A stretch of 62,538 nt of DNA, counting the filler, from Sphacelaria rigidula (Eukaryota), in assembly GCA_964200075.2 (NCBI GenBank). It is 9 parts of 9 records of this genome, joined end to end, with 100 filler letters (N's around TTAATTAATTAA, not from the genome) between each part and the next. Parts side by side here need not be neighbours in the genome. Positions count along the whole stretch, not along the records: positions 34,801 to 41,660 come from CAXNAA020017720.1; positions 41,761 to 48,620 come from CAXNAA020017721.1; 7 more parts are not named here. The stretch is one strand, 5' to 3'. Both the position numbers and the translations under genes were made by a program. Of this stretch, positions 35,481 to 46,800 are shown piece after piece; position 1 is the stretch's first letter; every line of letters begins with the position of its first letter. The notes beneath the pieces were generated by a model. It saw nothing but the letters and a program-made list of their open reading frames with translations, was not told the origin of the DNA and did no database searches.

Positions 35481-38400
35481 ATATCTAGATACTATTCTTC
35501 CTGCACTCTGTTAGAGGAGTTTTGGCTGAGGAGAGAAGTTGGACAGCAGCTCAGATCCAGTTTAGCCAACAGAAAGGACGATACCAACTTGAAGCGCACC
35601 GCAGTGGGGGACCCTCCGTGAGGTGAAGGACGCACAAGTCAGGCAAGAGTCTCTCCGTGAAGTGTTTGAAGCATAGTCGACATGGCTCAAGCGACGGCAG
35701 CGCCGCTGGTGTTAAGTGAGCCACTACAGCCGCCAAAGTATGGAGAAGTATGGACCGAAGAGGCATCACACGTTTTTTTTGCAAGATATCTTGAATACAT
35801 ACAGCGGTGGAGTCTAGCGAATTCAGAAGGAATTATACGGCATGAAAGGGTAAGCATAGTGCAACTCATTCCTGTCTACATTCACCGCTGCTTCGAAGCT
35901 TGACGCTACGCGGGCTGCAGCAGACCTGCGTAGGGTACTTACAACGAAGTAAAGCGATGGAAAGTCCGTGAAGGATCGTGCTATGATGGCTAGTTCAGAT
36001 ATGGAAAGTTTTTTCGCAGAAAATCTGATGGTGCAAGCCATGTACCGTGCGGAGGACAGGAGTCGGTTGCCTGGCCCGGCCGAGTCGGTTTCCATAGCTT
36101 TGGTGTACGGGATTTCGCCCCCGGAATTCAAGGCGGATGTTAGGAGTGTACTAACGTATGTTGACGGCTGGAAAAAGAACCCGGCGGTGGTGTTCAAAAA
36201 CGTATTTGAGGCGGCCGACCAGTGGCAGTTCATTGAAGCACATGGCCAGCGCGACTCGGCAACAAGTGCAGGTGGTATGCGCCGCAAAAAGCAAAAGCAA
36301 CAGCAACAGCAACACCAGCCGTCTTCGCGAGAGTCGTCGACTCGCGCGTGTTACAACTGCGGTGACACCGGACATATGATCAAGGACTGCCCGGAGCCTC
36401 ACGCTCAAGGCACGACACAGGGCAATGCACGAGATTTATCAGGATCTTGGGGCGGTCGTCACGATGGATGGGGGGGTGCCAATCAGAGACGCGAGCGCGG
36501 CGGCCGTGGTAGCAAGCAATCGGCGGTGGATGGTGGCTCCTCTGCTGCTGTTTCTTCCACTACGTCGTCAGGTGGTGACTCTGGGTTTTCTGGTTCGTCC
36601 ATGTTGAGGCGGACTGTGTACGTAGGAAATGCTAATACTTCGGTGGGGAGTGCTGGAGCGAATAGCTCGCAACGCATCGGCCAGGCAGCATCCGTGTCTG
36701 ATGCATTCCCTAGTGCTGCGACGGCTGTAACAGCGTCGTCTGCATATTCGGCGGCTTGGTCTGGTTGGACCGACGATTCGCAGCTATCGATGCCAAGTGC
36801 TGGCGGGCAGCCCTGGCGTCAGGGTTCTTCGGCAGGCGTGGTACCTGTCGATCGCAAGGCTCAATGTTTAGGCGCAGATTTGGCCTTGCCTGGTTCTGAA
36901 GGTTCATTCATGGCCCACGTTATTCTGGATTCTGGGTCCGCGCTCACGTCAATCGGTGTGGGGTTGCTAGAACAAATATATTTGCAGTTTGGCGGCGCTC
37001 AGCTTCAGATTCCGTTCGAGAACAGACCGCAAACGACGCAGACCGCCACGGATGTTCCCGTGACGGTTATACACAAAACGGTGCCAATTACTGTTAGCGT
37101 GCGTACGCCGTGGGGGGCTGTGGAGTTGCAGCCCAATACTTTCGCTGTCATGCCCGGTAGGGATAACGTGGTTCTATTTGGGATGGCGACAATGACGGAG
37201 CTTGGGATTGATCTATACCCGCTGGCGTTGGAGAAGTTACGTCCGCGTGCTGTGCCGGGGCAAACCGGCGTGGAAACCCTGAGTTACCTTGCTGCAAGGC
37301 GTGTGATCGTATCCATACGGTCATTCCCGAGCACCAATGAGGAGGAGGCTCCTGCTGATGAAGCGGTACAGCACTTGATCGATCGGGGGCCTTATATATT
37401 CATGGACCCAGCAGCAGAGAGAGGTGCACGAGATCGTGCGCTCGAGGATAGTGTGCGGCAGGCCGAGCCGAAGGGCCTGAGCGCCGATGGCGCACAATGT
37501 CTGCGCGCTATTTTGGCTCGTCGCGTACATACATTTCGTCGTGCGCTACGTTGTGATCCAGCAGCGCGCGTGGAGCCACAGGGGGCTGTGAAGGCCAACC
37601 CTCGCCGCCGCGATCCGGTGAAGACCGCTTCATGCATCGCAGTTTTGGTGGCATTCGGTTTGTTGGTGAGGAATATTCAGGCTGTGTGGGCGAGTCCGGC
37701 GATGGCGGTGCCGAAGAGGGACACATTCCGTTTGGTCAGCGACTATCAGGCGGTGAACACGCAGGTGGAACAGTCTCCAGGGGTGATGACAAGTCAAGAA
37801 GACATGCGGGAGTAGCTGGGAGCCCAACAACAATATCGGTATGTCAGTGATCATATTCCTGGAGAGCGCTTTTTTTTGGGAGATTTGTTGCCTTGCTGGG
37901 TGAAGGTTCCTACCGTGCCTGTTCGTTCTGTTGCCGTGTACGGCCCGTGTGATACCGATGATTCGCTGCCCTCGATAGATGTCATTCGCATCGCGCAGCG
38001 CAACACAGTCGGCGACGGTGTTCATCATCCTCCTACAACTTTCGGTCAAGCTACTTTGGCTGACGATGGTTTGTTTCGCGTGCGTCTTGGCGGTAGTGAT
38101 GTTTTGTGGATTCCGTCGGATGCTANNNNNNNNNNCACCGTGTTGTGGCGCCCTCTCTGTTTTGTTTGAAAGAATACTGTGTGTGGCCTTAAATGGATTC
38201 CCACGTTCGCGAATTCGTTTGCCAGTGTTTGCATTGTATAGACACTCGTGCTGGTGAAATTATACCCCGTCCGTATGGCGGTACTGTGCATGGCACTGCG
38301 CCAGGTAAAGTTGTTCACTTCGATTTTCTGTACGTCGGAAGTAGCGGACCTGAACGTGCAAATGGTTTGCCTGAGGAGGATGGTTTTCGGTACGTTTTGG

Positions 38401-39062
38401 TCATCATGGATGATTTGTTCAATTTCGTTTGCTTGGAGCCGACCAAGGCTTGCACCGCCGAGGTTACGGCTAAGCACTTGCTCCATTGGTGCAAGACTTT
38501 GGGGGTGCCGCATGTTTGGGTTAGTGGTACCGCCACGCACTTCAAGAATCGAGTGATCGCGCAGCTGAGCGATGCGCTGAAGGTTCAACACCAATTTTCT
38601 GTTGCGTATACCCCTTGGTCGAACGGTGCTTGTGAACGCATGGTGAAAGAGGTTATTCGTACGTTGCGGTATGTTCTGTCGGACCGGCGACGGCCGGTGT
38701 CTGAATGGGTTGATGTTTTTCTAGCCGCTCAGTGGGCGTTGACTACTTCTTTTCGAGAACGCTACCGTAACACTCCGTATTGTGTGATGTTTGGGCGTAC
38801 GCCGCGTACAGCGTTTTCCGCCGTGGCTTCTGTCACTTGCGGCGAGTGGAACGTCGATATCATGGATGCTGATTCGTTGCGTGACAAGGTTTGAGGCGTG
38901 GTTGACGAGCACGTGCTTTTTGTAACGAGGTGCAAGCTGCTGTCGCGGTGTCTCGCGAAACCAAACGCAAGCTTGCTCAGGGCCAGGCTGTGTTACCCAA
39001 GTTTGCAGTTGGCGATTTCGTATTTCCATGCCCGTGTTCTGAGGCAAGGTGTGACGCCAAAA
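35481..39062 (+). mobile_element. Gypsy G1 copy 2: gag-protease, RT/RNase H deletion, integrase; 3' truncated
   Basis: ATG at 35682; CYNCGDTGHMIKDC knuckle; VILDSGSALT; WASPAM..FRLVSDYQAVN followed directly by YRYVSDHIPGE; CQCLHC, VHFDFL, DDLFNF, YTPWSNGACERM integrase; ends at VTPK*. Confidence 0.95.
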
Positions 39063-39858
39063 TAAAATAAAAACGTACAATCGGAACAGAAACTAAACTC
39101 TTTTTGCCCGTTGCGCTGCAAGCCGCAAGCCTAGATTCAGTGATGTGGGCTTGTTTTGTGTACTTCACATGACATGTAGGCGAAGTTTCAACGCGATGCA
39201 ACGGCGACAGCGCCCGTACGGTCGTATCTCCCACACTGAGTATCTCTACAGGCGATGTATGTTATAGCTTTCTTCAAATGGTCGTTATCCACAGGGTATG
39301 GCAGCATGGGCCGAGGCTGTTTGCAAGCCAATCAGCCGCTCAAAACCGGGCGCATCATCGCTGGCTGGCGCCCTGTGCCATACCTGGTACCTCTGTACCT
39401 CTGTGTCCTCTGTCTCTCTGTCTTCTCTCTCGTAGCTCGTGGCTGTATGCTGTACACTTTGTACACTGTACTGTACGCTGTACGGTTTGTGTTTGGTTGT
39501 AGAGGTCATGCTCCACAATCAAAATAGCCGGTAAGTGTTTTTATGCCACCGGATGATGCCGCTAAAGGGAAGATTGTGCTAGCTCAGCCCTGACTATGCT
39601 AGCATTATGCTCGTATGCTAATTAGGGCAAAAAAGACGGATTATGCTTGAAATTATGCCGGCACAAAGGACTCAGGCCTACTATTTTGTGGTAATTCTTA
39701 GTCTACTTGTCTGAGTGGCGTTCCAAGAAGGATGTTGCTAGAATAGACATGTTGCCATATTTTGTCACAGAAAGATGGTCTAACAGAGTATCCAGGCCAC
39801 GTAAGCTGAAGAACAGTGTGTGAGGTTGCAATTGATCTGAGCTAAGAGCTGTTACTTA

Positions 39859-40330
39859 CTCCCTACCGAAGTTCGCAACAGATATGAGAACAAAAACGTT
39901 TGATTTTTCTCAGCTACATCCACACAATTTGAACGACTCTCAAGACCTGAGGGAAGGTAGCCGTCTCGGGTCCGCCTAAACACGCGAAGATACCGTCGAA
40001 CAGCAATACCAAACTTTTCAGGGATTGGCATCAGCCAGTCCATGGAGAACGGAACAGAAATCGACAAGTTACCGTTCGTATAAAACATAATGCACATGAA
40101 ACGCTTTGCAGGTTGAAAGACACGTATTTTCATGGAGAATAAACTCTCCGTACCCCCACTAGTGTTGTATGCGGTTGTTAAACTCTACCGTCCTCCATTA
40201 ATACCTGGCGGAGGGACAGGGAAGCCGTCCTCCCTCAGGTCTTGAGAGTCGTTCAAGTTGTGTGGATGTAGTAGTTGAGAAAAATCAAACGTTTTTAGCT
40301 TTCACACCTGCTGCGGACTTCGGTCGGGAG
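39859..40330. mobile_element. 472-bp Stowaway-like (Tc1/mariner) MITE
   Basis: TA|CTCCCTACCGAAG...CTTCGGTCGGGAG|TA with ~100-bp imperfect TIRs. Confidence 0.9.
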
Positions 40331-40339
40331 TAAGGGCGG

Positions 40340-41410
40340 TAGAGCAACGAAAGCTAGCTATGACCGGGTTTGCCTGCCGTACTACCGACAGCGTTGCGTG
40401 AAAGCCACAAGACCTTTGCTGTCGGCGGTTGATGGCGTGGATCTCAAAAGCAACGACAAGTGATCAATCGTAGAGCACTCTCGTCCCAGCTTGTAATGCA
40501 TGATCTCCTCGCATCGGAATGATTCTGGAAAGCTACTCGTACTGTACCGAGGTGTTCATGCGACCAGCGTGTGCACCAGATTGCAGCATGGACGGACTCC
40601 TATGCGCCACACTAGCAACAGTTAGGTCACCACCATACGTATCTTATATCATTCCTCATGTCAAAACGTTCTCTACAAGTGCTTGATCTCTCATACACCC
40701 CCCTCAACTGGCGTGTGGCACGCTGTTCTCGTCGGGCACCCAGAGGGTCAGATGTGGGTAAAATCAATGATGAATAACACCCCCCAAGTTCAAATTGAAA
40801 CTACTTGGTATGGCCGCACCACCGCGCTTGCTGGCATATGTGTGACAGAGAATAGTAGTAGCGATGAAGGGAGCATTGCCCTTTTTTTCAACGACATGTT
40901 TTTCAAAGTACAGAGGCGCGTCCTGTCCAAAAGGAGAGGCAGAGAGAAATCGACCTTCGCATTCGTGAGCTCGACAGGCAATGGTAAGATGAGAGAAAAT
41001 CTCTCCGCAGCTCGATGTTCCGGCACATGGAAAATTGGGCACATGCTGGTAACATCAATGATGCCAGTCTCTCGAGAGTTGGGTAATCGCCGAGCGAGGA
41101 CACACAAAGGACACGGGCGAGGAGCTTCCTCTCTGCCGTTGCTTCTTTCTGTGGTGATGTCGTCATCGACACGCGTGTACACCACATTCGTCAGGTGCAC
41201 CTAGCCACAGCTGCTTAACTACTGCGGACATTGGGAGGGGGAGATGGCTTCGCTCGGTCGTAAGTGTTTCGCGTCATCCCTGCAAAAAAGAAATGCGGCG
41301 TCACCCTCATTTTTGAGATGGACTCCATTTTCCAGGATCCTTTGTTCAATGATGGTGAGTAGCGCTCTGTGCTGAAACTAATATCGAAGGGGTTGCAAGG
41401 TATCATGCAC
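40340..41410 (-). mobile_element. Decayed DIRS/Ngaro-like RT-RNase H
   Basis: SLNKGSWKMESI (LN..FKMET), YTRVDD (YxDD-like), CHTYASKRGGAA (TDAS..GWGA) and QYE*LSR (EWxPR) occur in the expected order. Confidence 0.55.
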
Positions 41411-42526
41411 TGCCGTGGGTGGAAGCAGGTGAGCTGAAGGAGGTAGGTTCATTCACCTGCACGTCTTTTTTTTTTCGATGGCCATCATTCGCTCATACTC
41501 ATTGCAGCCCGTGACGTCACGTCACCCATCTAATTGATGACCATCGTTCGTCCATGTATTCAACATAGCCGACACTTTCTACGATAGCCCCCCCCCCCCA
41601 AAAACCAGCTAAAAGTGTCGCGAAAAAAATGGCCATAAAGCGCCTGATGTTCGGGTTCAGNNNNNNNNNNNNNNNNNNNNNNNNNNNNNNNNNNNNNNNN
41701 NNNNTTAATTAATTAANNNNNNNNNNNNNNNNNNNNNNNNNNNNNNNNNNNNNNNNNNNNTTCTCAGATTTAGTGAGGATACGAAGATTTTAATCCTCCG
41801 GGTTCTCCTCCTCAATGAAAAGCACCATCCTCAGCATAGATGATCGGCTGTTTTTGCCAAGCAAATGGTGATTTTGCTGACTTCTGTGGATTGTGTTGCT
41901 ATGTTGTATGATTGTCAGTTGCCACGGTGCTGCCCCCAATTCAAGAAATATGTCATGTTCCAATCGCGGTGCAACGGTACTGTGGCTAGCTGCCGTGATG
42001 GTGCAAGGGTTGTGCTTGAGAGCACCTACAGCTGGCATCAATAATGCCACATCCCCATTCGGGTATCAAGCCGACCCTGAACAGGAAAAAACGATACCCT
42101 TCTTTATCCCCGTTCTTCGCCGCACCGAAACCTCGGCCTCAACGCGTCAAAATGTTTCGTGTGATCTTGAATTTTTTTCCGCCAAATCTGCCCCGTCCCG
42201 CCCACCGCTTGTGCTAAATAGCGATCCAGGCCGCAGCAGCATCTCCACCAGCAACAACAACAACATCAGGCTCTACACCATCAACCCGCGTGGAAAGACG
42301 AGCGGCAGCTGATAGTAAAGAGGAAGAAAATACCAACAAACAGGGCCACAAGAGACTCCAGCTGCGATCCTATATCCCCGGCCACCACCCTGCAATCACA
42401 AGCAGGTGAGTTTTCCCCCAGGTACTTATTAATTTTGGTGTTTACCTGCAGTTGCACCTCGCCCACCATCGCTACGTTGTGCGGTTCAAATTCCTCGCAA
42501 TCCTTTCCCCATTCCTTTCCCCCTGT

Positions 42527-42735
42527 CATCAGTATGCGTCGGGCCGAATAACCTTAGCCGGATGCCGCTCACCCTTCATGCGACTCGCCGGACACTATCA
42601 CGGCGCTTCGCGCGTGGTGATGGATTGCGAGCCTGGTCCGACGAAAACCCGGCGTGCTCCGTACCGGCCTTTTAGGGGTGGCAACGTTAATGGTCCTATG
42701 ACTACGACATGCAAGATCATAAGCACACCCCCCCC
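42527..42735 (+). repeat. Dispersed repeat family A, copy 3 (3' part)
   Basis: CACCCTTCATGCGACTCGCCGG...CCCGGCGTGCTCCGT...CAAGATCATAAGCACACCCC. Confidence 0.9.
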
Positions 42736-42764
42736 ACCTTCACATCGTTTTAGATAGCAACCGC

Positions 42765-42832
42765 GCCCCGGTGGTGTAATGATAGGAGCGGACACTTTTC
42801 GACGCAGATTACGTGGGTTCGATCAGATGCGT
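42765..42832 (+). other. tRNA-like relic / possible SINE head
   Basis: A-box-like GGTGGTGTAATGATAG and B-box GGTTCGATC at tRNA spacing; no intact cloverleaf. Confidence 0.5.
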
Positions 42833-43364
42833 CTAACTTGCTTTTTTTCTCCCCTCAAAATTATCTGATTTCCCTCGTTTAAAGCGTGAGACGTGAGTAG
42901 AAACATGAGTCTGTTTCGAGTGCCAACTGATCCAATCCGCGATACCGAAATGTTAGGAGGCGTGTACCGGGGGAGATATGGGTTGATCCTTCAGATCGCG
43001 GACTTGTTTCAAGGAAAGGGAGGCGTTGGAAGTGAGAACGGAAAAACAGAGAACAAAAACGAAATAAAAAAACATAAGGTGCGCGGCTCAGTTGATGTCA
43101 GTACTTGATGAGTCGATCATCCAGGAAAATGGTAGTGAGTACACGTTTATTTTATTTTATTTCGAGTTGTCGAAGTTGCTCCGCCGCGACTCGTTTGTTG
43201 TTATCGCCGTGGTCAACAAGACACAAACAACGCGTTTTAAGGCACGCGTCAACACCCACACGATGTCGATCAAGATGCGCCTGGTTTATCTCGCTGAAGC
43301 GCCGAGAATTGTCGACTACCCGCTCATCAATGATGCTACGAAGGATGGCGGCGGGGGCGGGGGG

Positions 43365-43860
43365 TACTATTTTGTTGCTTGCCTTGGTCGTTTGACCATT
43401 GACCACGCATTCCTTTCGAGACGGAGCACCGTTCCTACTCCTAATACAGACCCCTCCAGTATTTCGTTGCTCATTACGTTCCTTCCGTACATTACATGAA
43501 ACCTTTCACGTATCTTATCCCCGTCCTGTTTCGCCGTCTGTGGCCACAATCTATTTCCTAGTATAGCCATCGTTTTTTCCCTACTATCTAGAGCATCAAG
43601 CGATTTCATGCCACCTTCGTTCACGTCCTGCATTTCCCCTCCAGCACGTCCCGTTCCTCCTTGTATAGTGGGGAGAGGCGGAGGTATGTTGGGTCATTTC
43701 TTCGACGAGATTTCACCTCACATCGTCGTTGAAAGCAGCAACGTTTGTTCAAACGCGCTTTTTGCCAAGGAAACACACTCATTCGTACCACCTGACACCG
43801 TTTTCCACCACAATGCAAACGCACCGCGAGCAGCTAGGTCGCTTGACACACTTGCGAGCC
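43365..43860 (-). mobile_element. 3' end of a LINE (probably the same family as 2545-3030)
   Basis: YKEERDVLE, LDSREKTMAILGNRLWPQTAKQDGDKI, VVNGQTTKASNK. Confidence 0.85.
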
Positions 43861-46800
43861 CCTGTGTTCGTAGAATCCCCCCCCCTCCCCCCCCCTTATC
43901 GTAGCATCACTCTGATTTTTCTCACCTTGCTGTATGCAAGTACTACGTGCTGCGCTGATGATTGGTGACTGAATTGGCGCACTTCGAAACCTGATCCCGA
44001 TTTCCCCAACTTTTTGAGATTCATGTTTTGAGAACCAGCACGTAGGTTCGGTTCCGCTGGAAAACCTGGATATTGCTTGAACCAGCCACAACTCTGATTT
44101 TGCTTGAAAAAGGAACGGAGTTGTTTTCCGTACAGTATTCGAACAATCGAACGAGCGGAGGATTGATTCACTTCGTCTGCATTTTTTTTGCAGACTAGTT
44201 TTTCATTCCCCGCGTAATTTCTAGGGTTGGTGGGCATTGTTGGGAAATAAAACGGTCGTGAAACACGAAGAGTGCTCGCCATTCTTGTGTTTTTGGGGCA
44301 ATGCGGGATTCGCAACCATTTTTAGGGATACTGTTATCCGTATCTCGGTTAAACAGGTTTTGTTTTGGCAGTGGAGCAATAAAAAGCTCAACTATTAGGA
44401 CAGCTGAGCCTGAACGATTTGTTCACCGTTACTGTCGGGAATGGTTGTATCGAGCAAAACTACGAAAAAACCAGGACTGAAACTGTCCACGAGCACCCTG
44501 AGGACCCTCTCCGAGCGGTTAGCCCGTAAGACGGTAAAAAATGATGAACAGAAATGACCTTCGTTTCGAGATTTGTTCCGGGTATTATTCAATGCCCCAT
44601 CCTCATATTTTGGTGTTGAAAGCCAACCCATCTTAGTTCGTCATGGTAACCAAGAAACCCGAGAAAAAAGAAATAGCTTGCAAATGAACGTTCCCCGTGT
44701 TGGGACGCTGACTTCCACTTCCCATCATACTTCACGTGCGGTATACTTTTTTCAGCACACCGTCGCGGTTGTCGTTGCTCATCCCGGTGTATCACCTTCG
44801 GTGTGCTCTTCATGCAACTAATTATAAAAACACGGGCAGGGACACGCAGGCCGCCACCGTCCACAGGCTTAGGAGCGGTAGGTGCGGATACCCTAGCAGC
44901 GATCCGAGCGTCCAAGCGCTGTCGAGCTACCGCCTCATCATTTTCTTGGAAAAATAACGGCGGAGTTCCAGACGAAATTGGAACTGGGGGAGGGTCCGGA
45001 ATCGTGCCAGTAGGAGGCAACAGTCCGGGGAACGTCTCTCAGAACGGGCTGCGAACCTCCGCGAAGGGTGCTGAGTGTACCAATAGTAGCGGGGAGAGTA
45101 TTGTACATTTTCATGGGGAGGTGGAGCTGCGACATGACGCAGCTTTTGCTAGTGGCAGGACGGGGTTGTTCATGGATCGCGGAGCTGCGAGCGGCTGTGC
45201 CTCTGGGTTAGAGTCAGGTTTGGGCGCCGCGAGTTGGGGGAGTGCGAAGGCATCGGTGATTGCAATGGATGTGGTGGGTGGAGGAGGCGAGACGGCACGC
45301 TGGAAACATCGCCGCCAGTGGGAGCCGGACGAAGGAGGGAGTAGCGATGATTTACACATACTCTACGGTTCGCCTTCGTGATAATGCCTCCTTCGTGACA
45401 TTTCGTAGGTTGACGTTGAAAATGCGCTCTTGATTTCTTAAGTTCATTGCTTGTTGGTTTTGCAGCGGGTTTTGTCGTCAACATGTAGATAGAAATGCGC
45501 GATATTGGTGTAAGGCCAAGGGGTGTATGCTTGAGCACGACAGAAATGTGCGTCGATTTCTTATGAAACAAGACGGACTTATGTGGCAATACGTGAAGTT
45601 CTCGAACGATGAGCTCGGGTGTAACGTTCACCTACATGCAACTGTAGGCGGCGTGTTTTTGTTGGTCAGTGTATACAGTATGTGTTCGTCGATGCGCGGT
45701 GACGTTTGAGTCATTCCGTTTCATAATGAGGGCGGTCCTCGAGTCATACACTCTGTGGCAGCGTGAAGACTTTTTGTTGTTATCAGACAGTACCTGAACA
45801 CGTAGGGCGTGATTCAGGCGTCTGTGAGATGTTTCCGGTTTCATTGCGAGGTATGCTTGTGGTCATATTCCTGGCATCGGTGGACGCTAGATTTTGCTGC
45901 AGCTGTTTAGGGTCAATATTCATCAACCGCTCGGTGCATGAAAGGCTGGTTGGTCTCGATAGATATATCGTCTCTCAAAGCACGATGTTATGTAGATGTC
46001 ATACATCACGTATGTGCTACTTTTTAGTTTATAGATGGAGTGTGCTTCCATAATTTGTTTTAGCAGGTGGGATGTGTTTTTTCGTAGGGCGGGCCACTCG
46101 ACTCATCGTGGTGCGGCACTTTCTGCCAGGCGCTAGCTTCTCGCTCGAGCGGACGAGAACAGTAATGCTTTTAGGGTTGGGGTTAGGGTTAGGAGGGATA
46201 CTGTGTATGGTCACCAACCGACATCTACTCAGAAGGGTACATGTCGACGCACCACCTGCCTGACCTGATTGCCCCGCTGACTGGGCAAGATCCCGCGAAG
46301 TGTGTGGAGAAGGAGTATGGCTAGGCATTTCCTACAACAGCAGGTGGTGGTCGTGACTCATGCTTGCTCGTTTTGCTTTGTATGTGGAGTTCGAGTGTTT
46401 TATTTCAGTACGGGCGTGTTGTGATGTGCGTACAGTGTTGGTCATCGCGCGCAAACTTTGGAGCAGCCAAGACTTCCGTATGCGTAGCTCTAGGATGTCA
46501 AAACTAGCATAATGTTGACGTTACCGCCGGGGAAGTCATTGTTGTCTTCTATATGACTGGAGACATTCAGACAGGGAAGATGATGGGACTTTAGTCTAAT
46601 CGTACAAGCACGCGTATCTGATATTCTCTCTCGCACCTTGAGTGTGACATATCTTGGAAGGCCATTGGGTTTCTCTTCGCTCATGTGACTAGTGAGCACG
46701 ATCGTCAGTTCCGGCGATTAATCAAACGAACAAGAGTTACATTTCTCGGAAGGGTAAACTAGGATGTCGAGTTTTTTTCACGATATTCACTGAGCCACTG

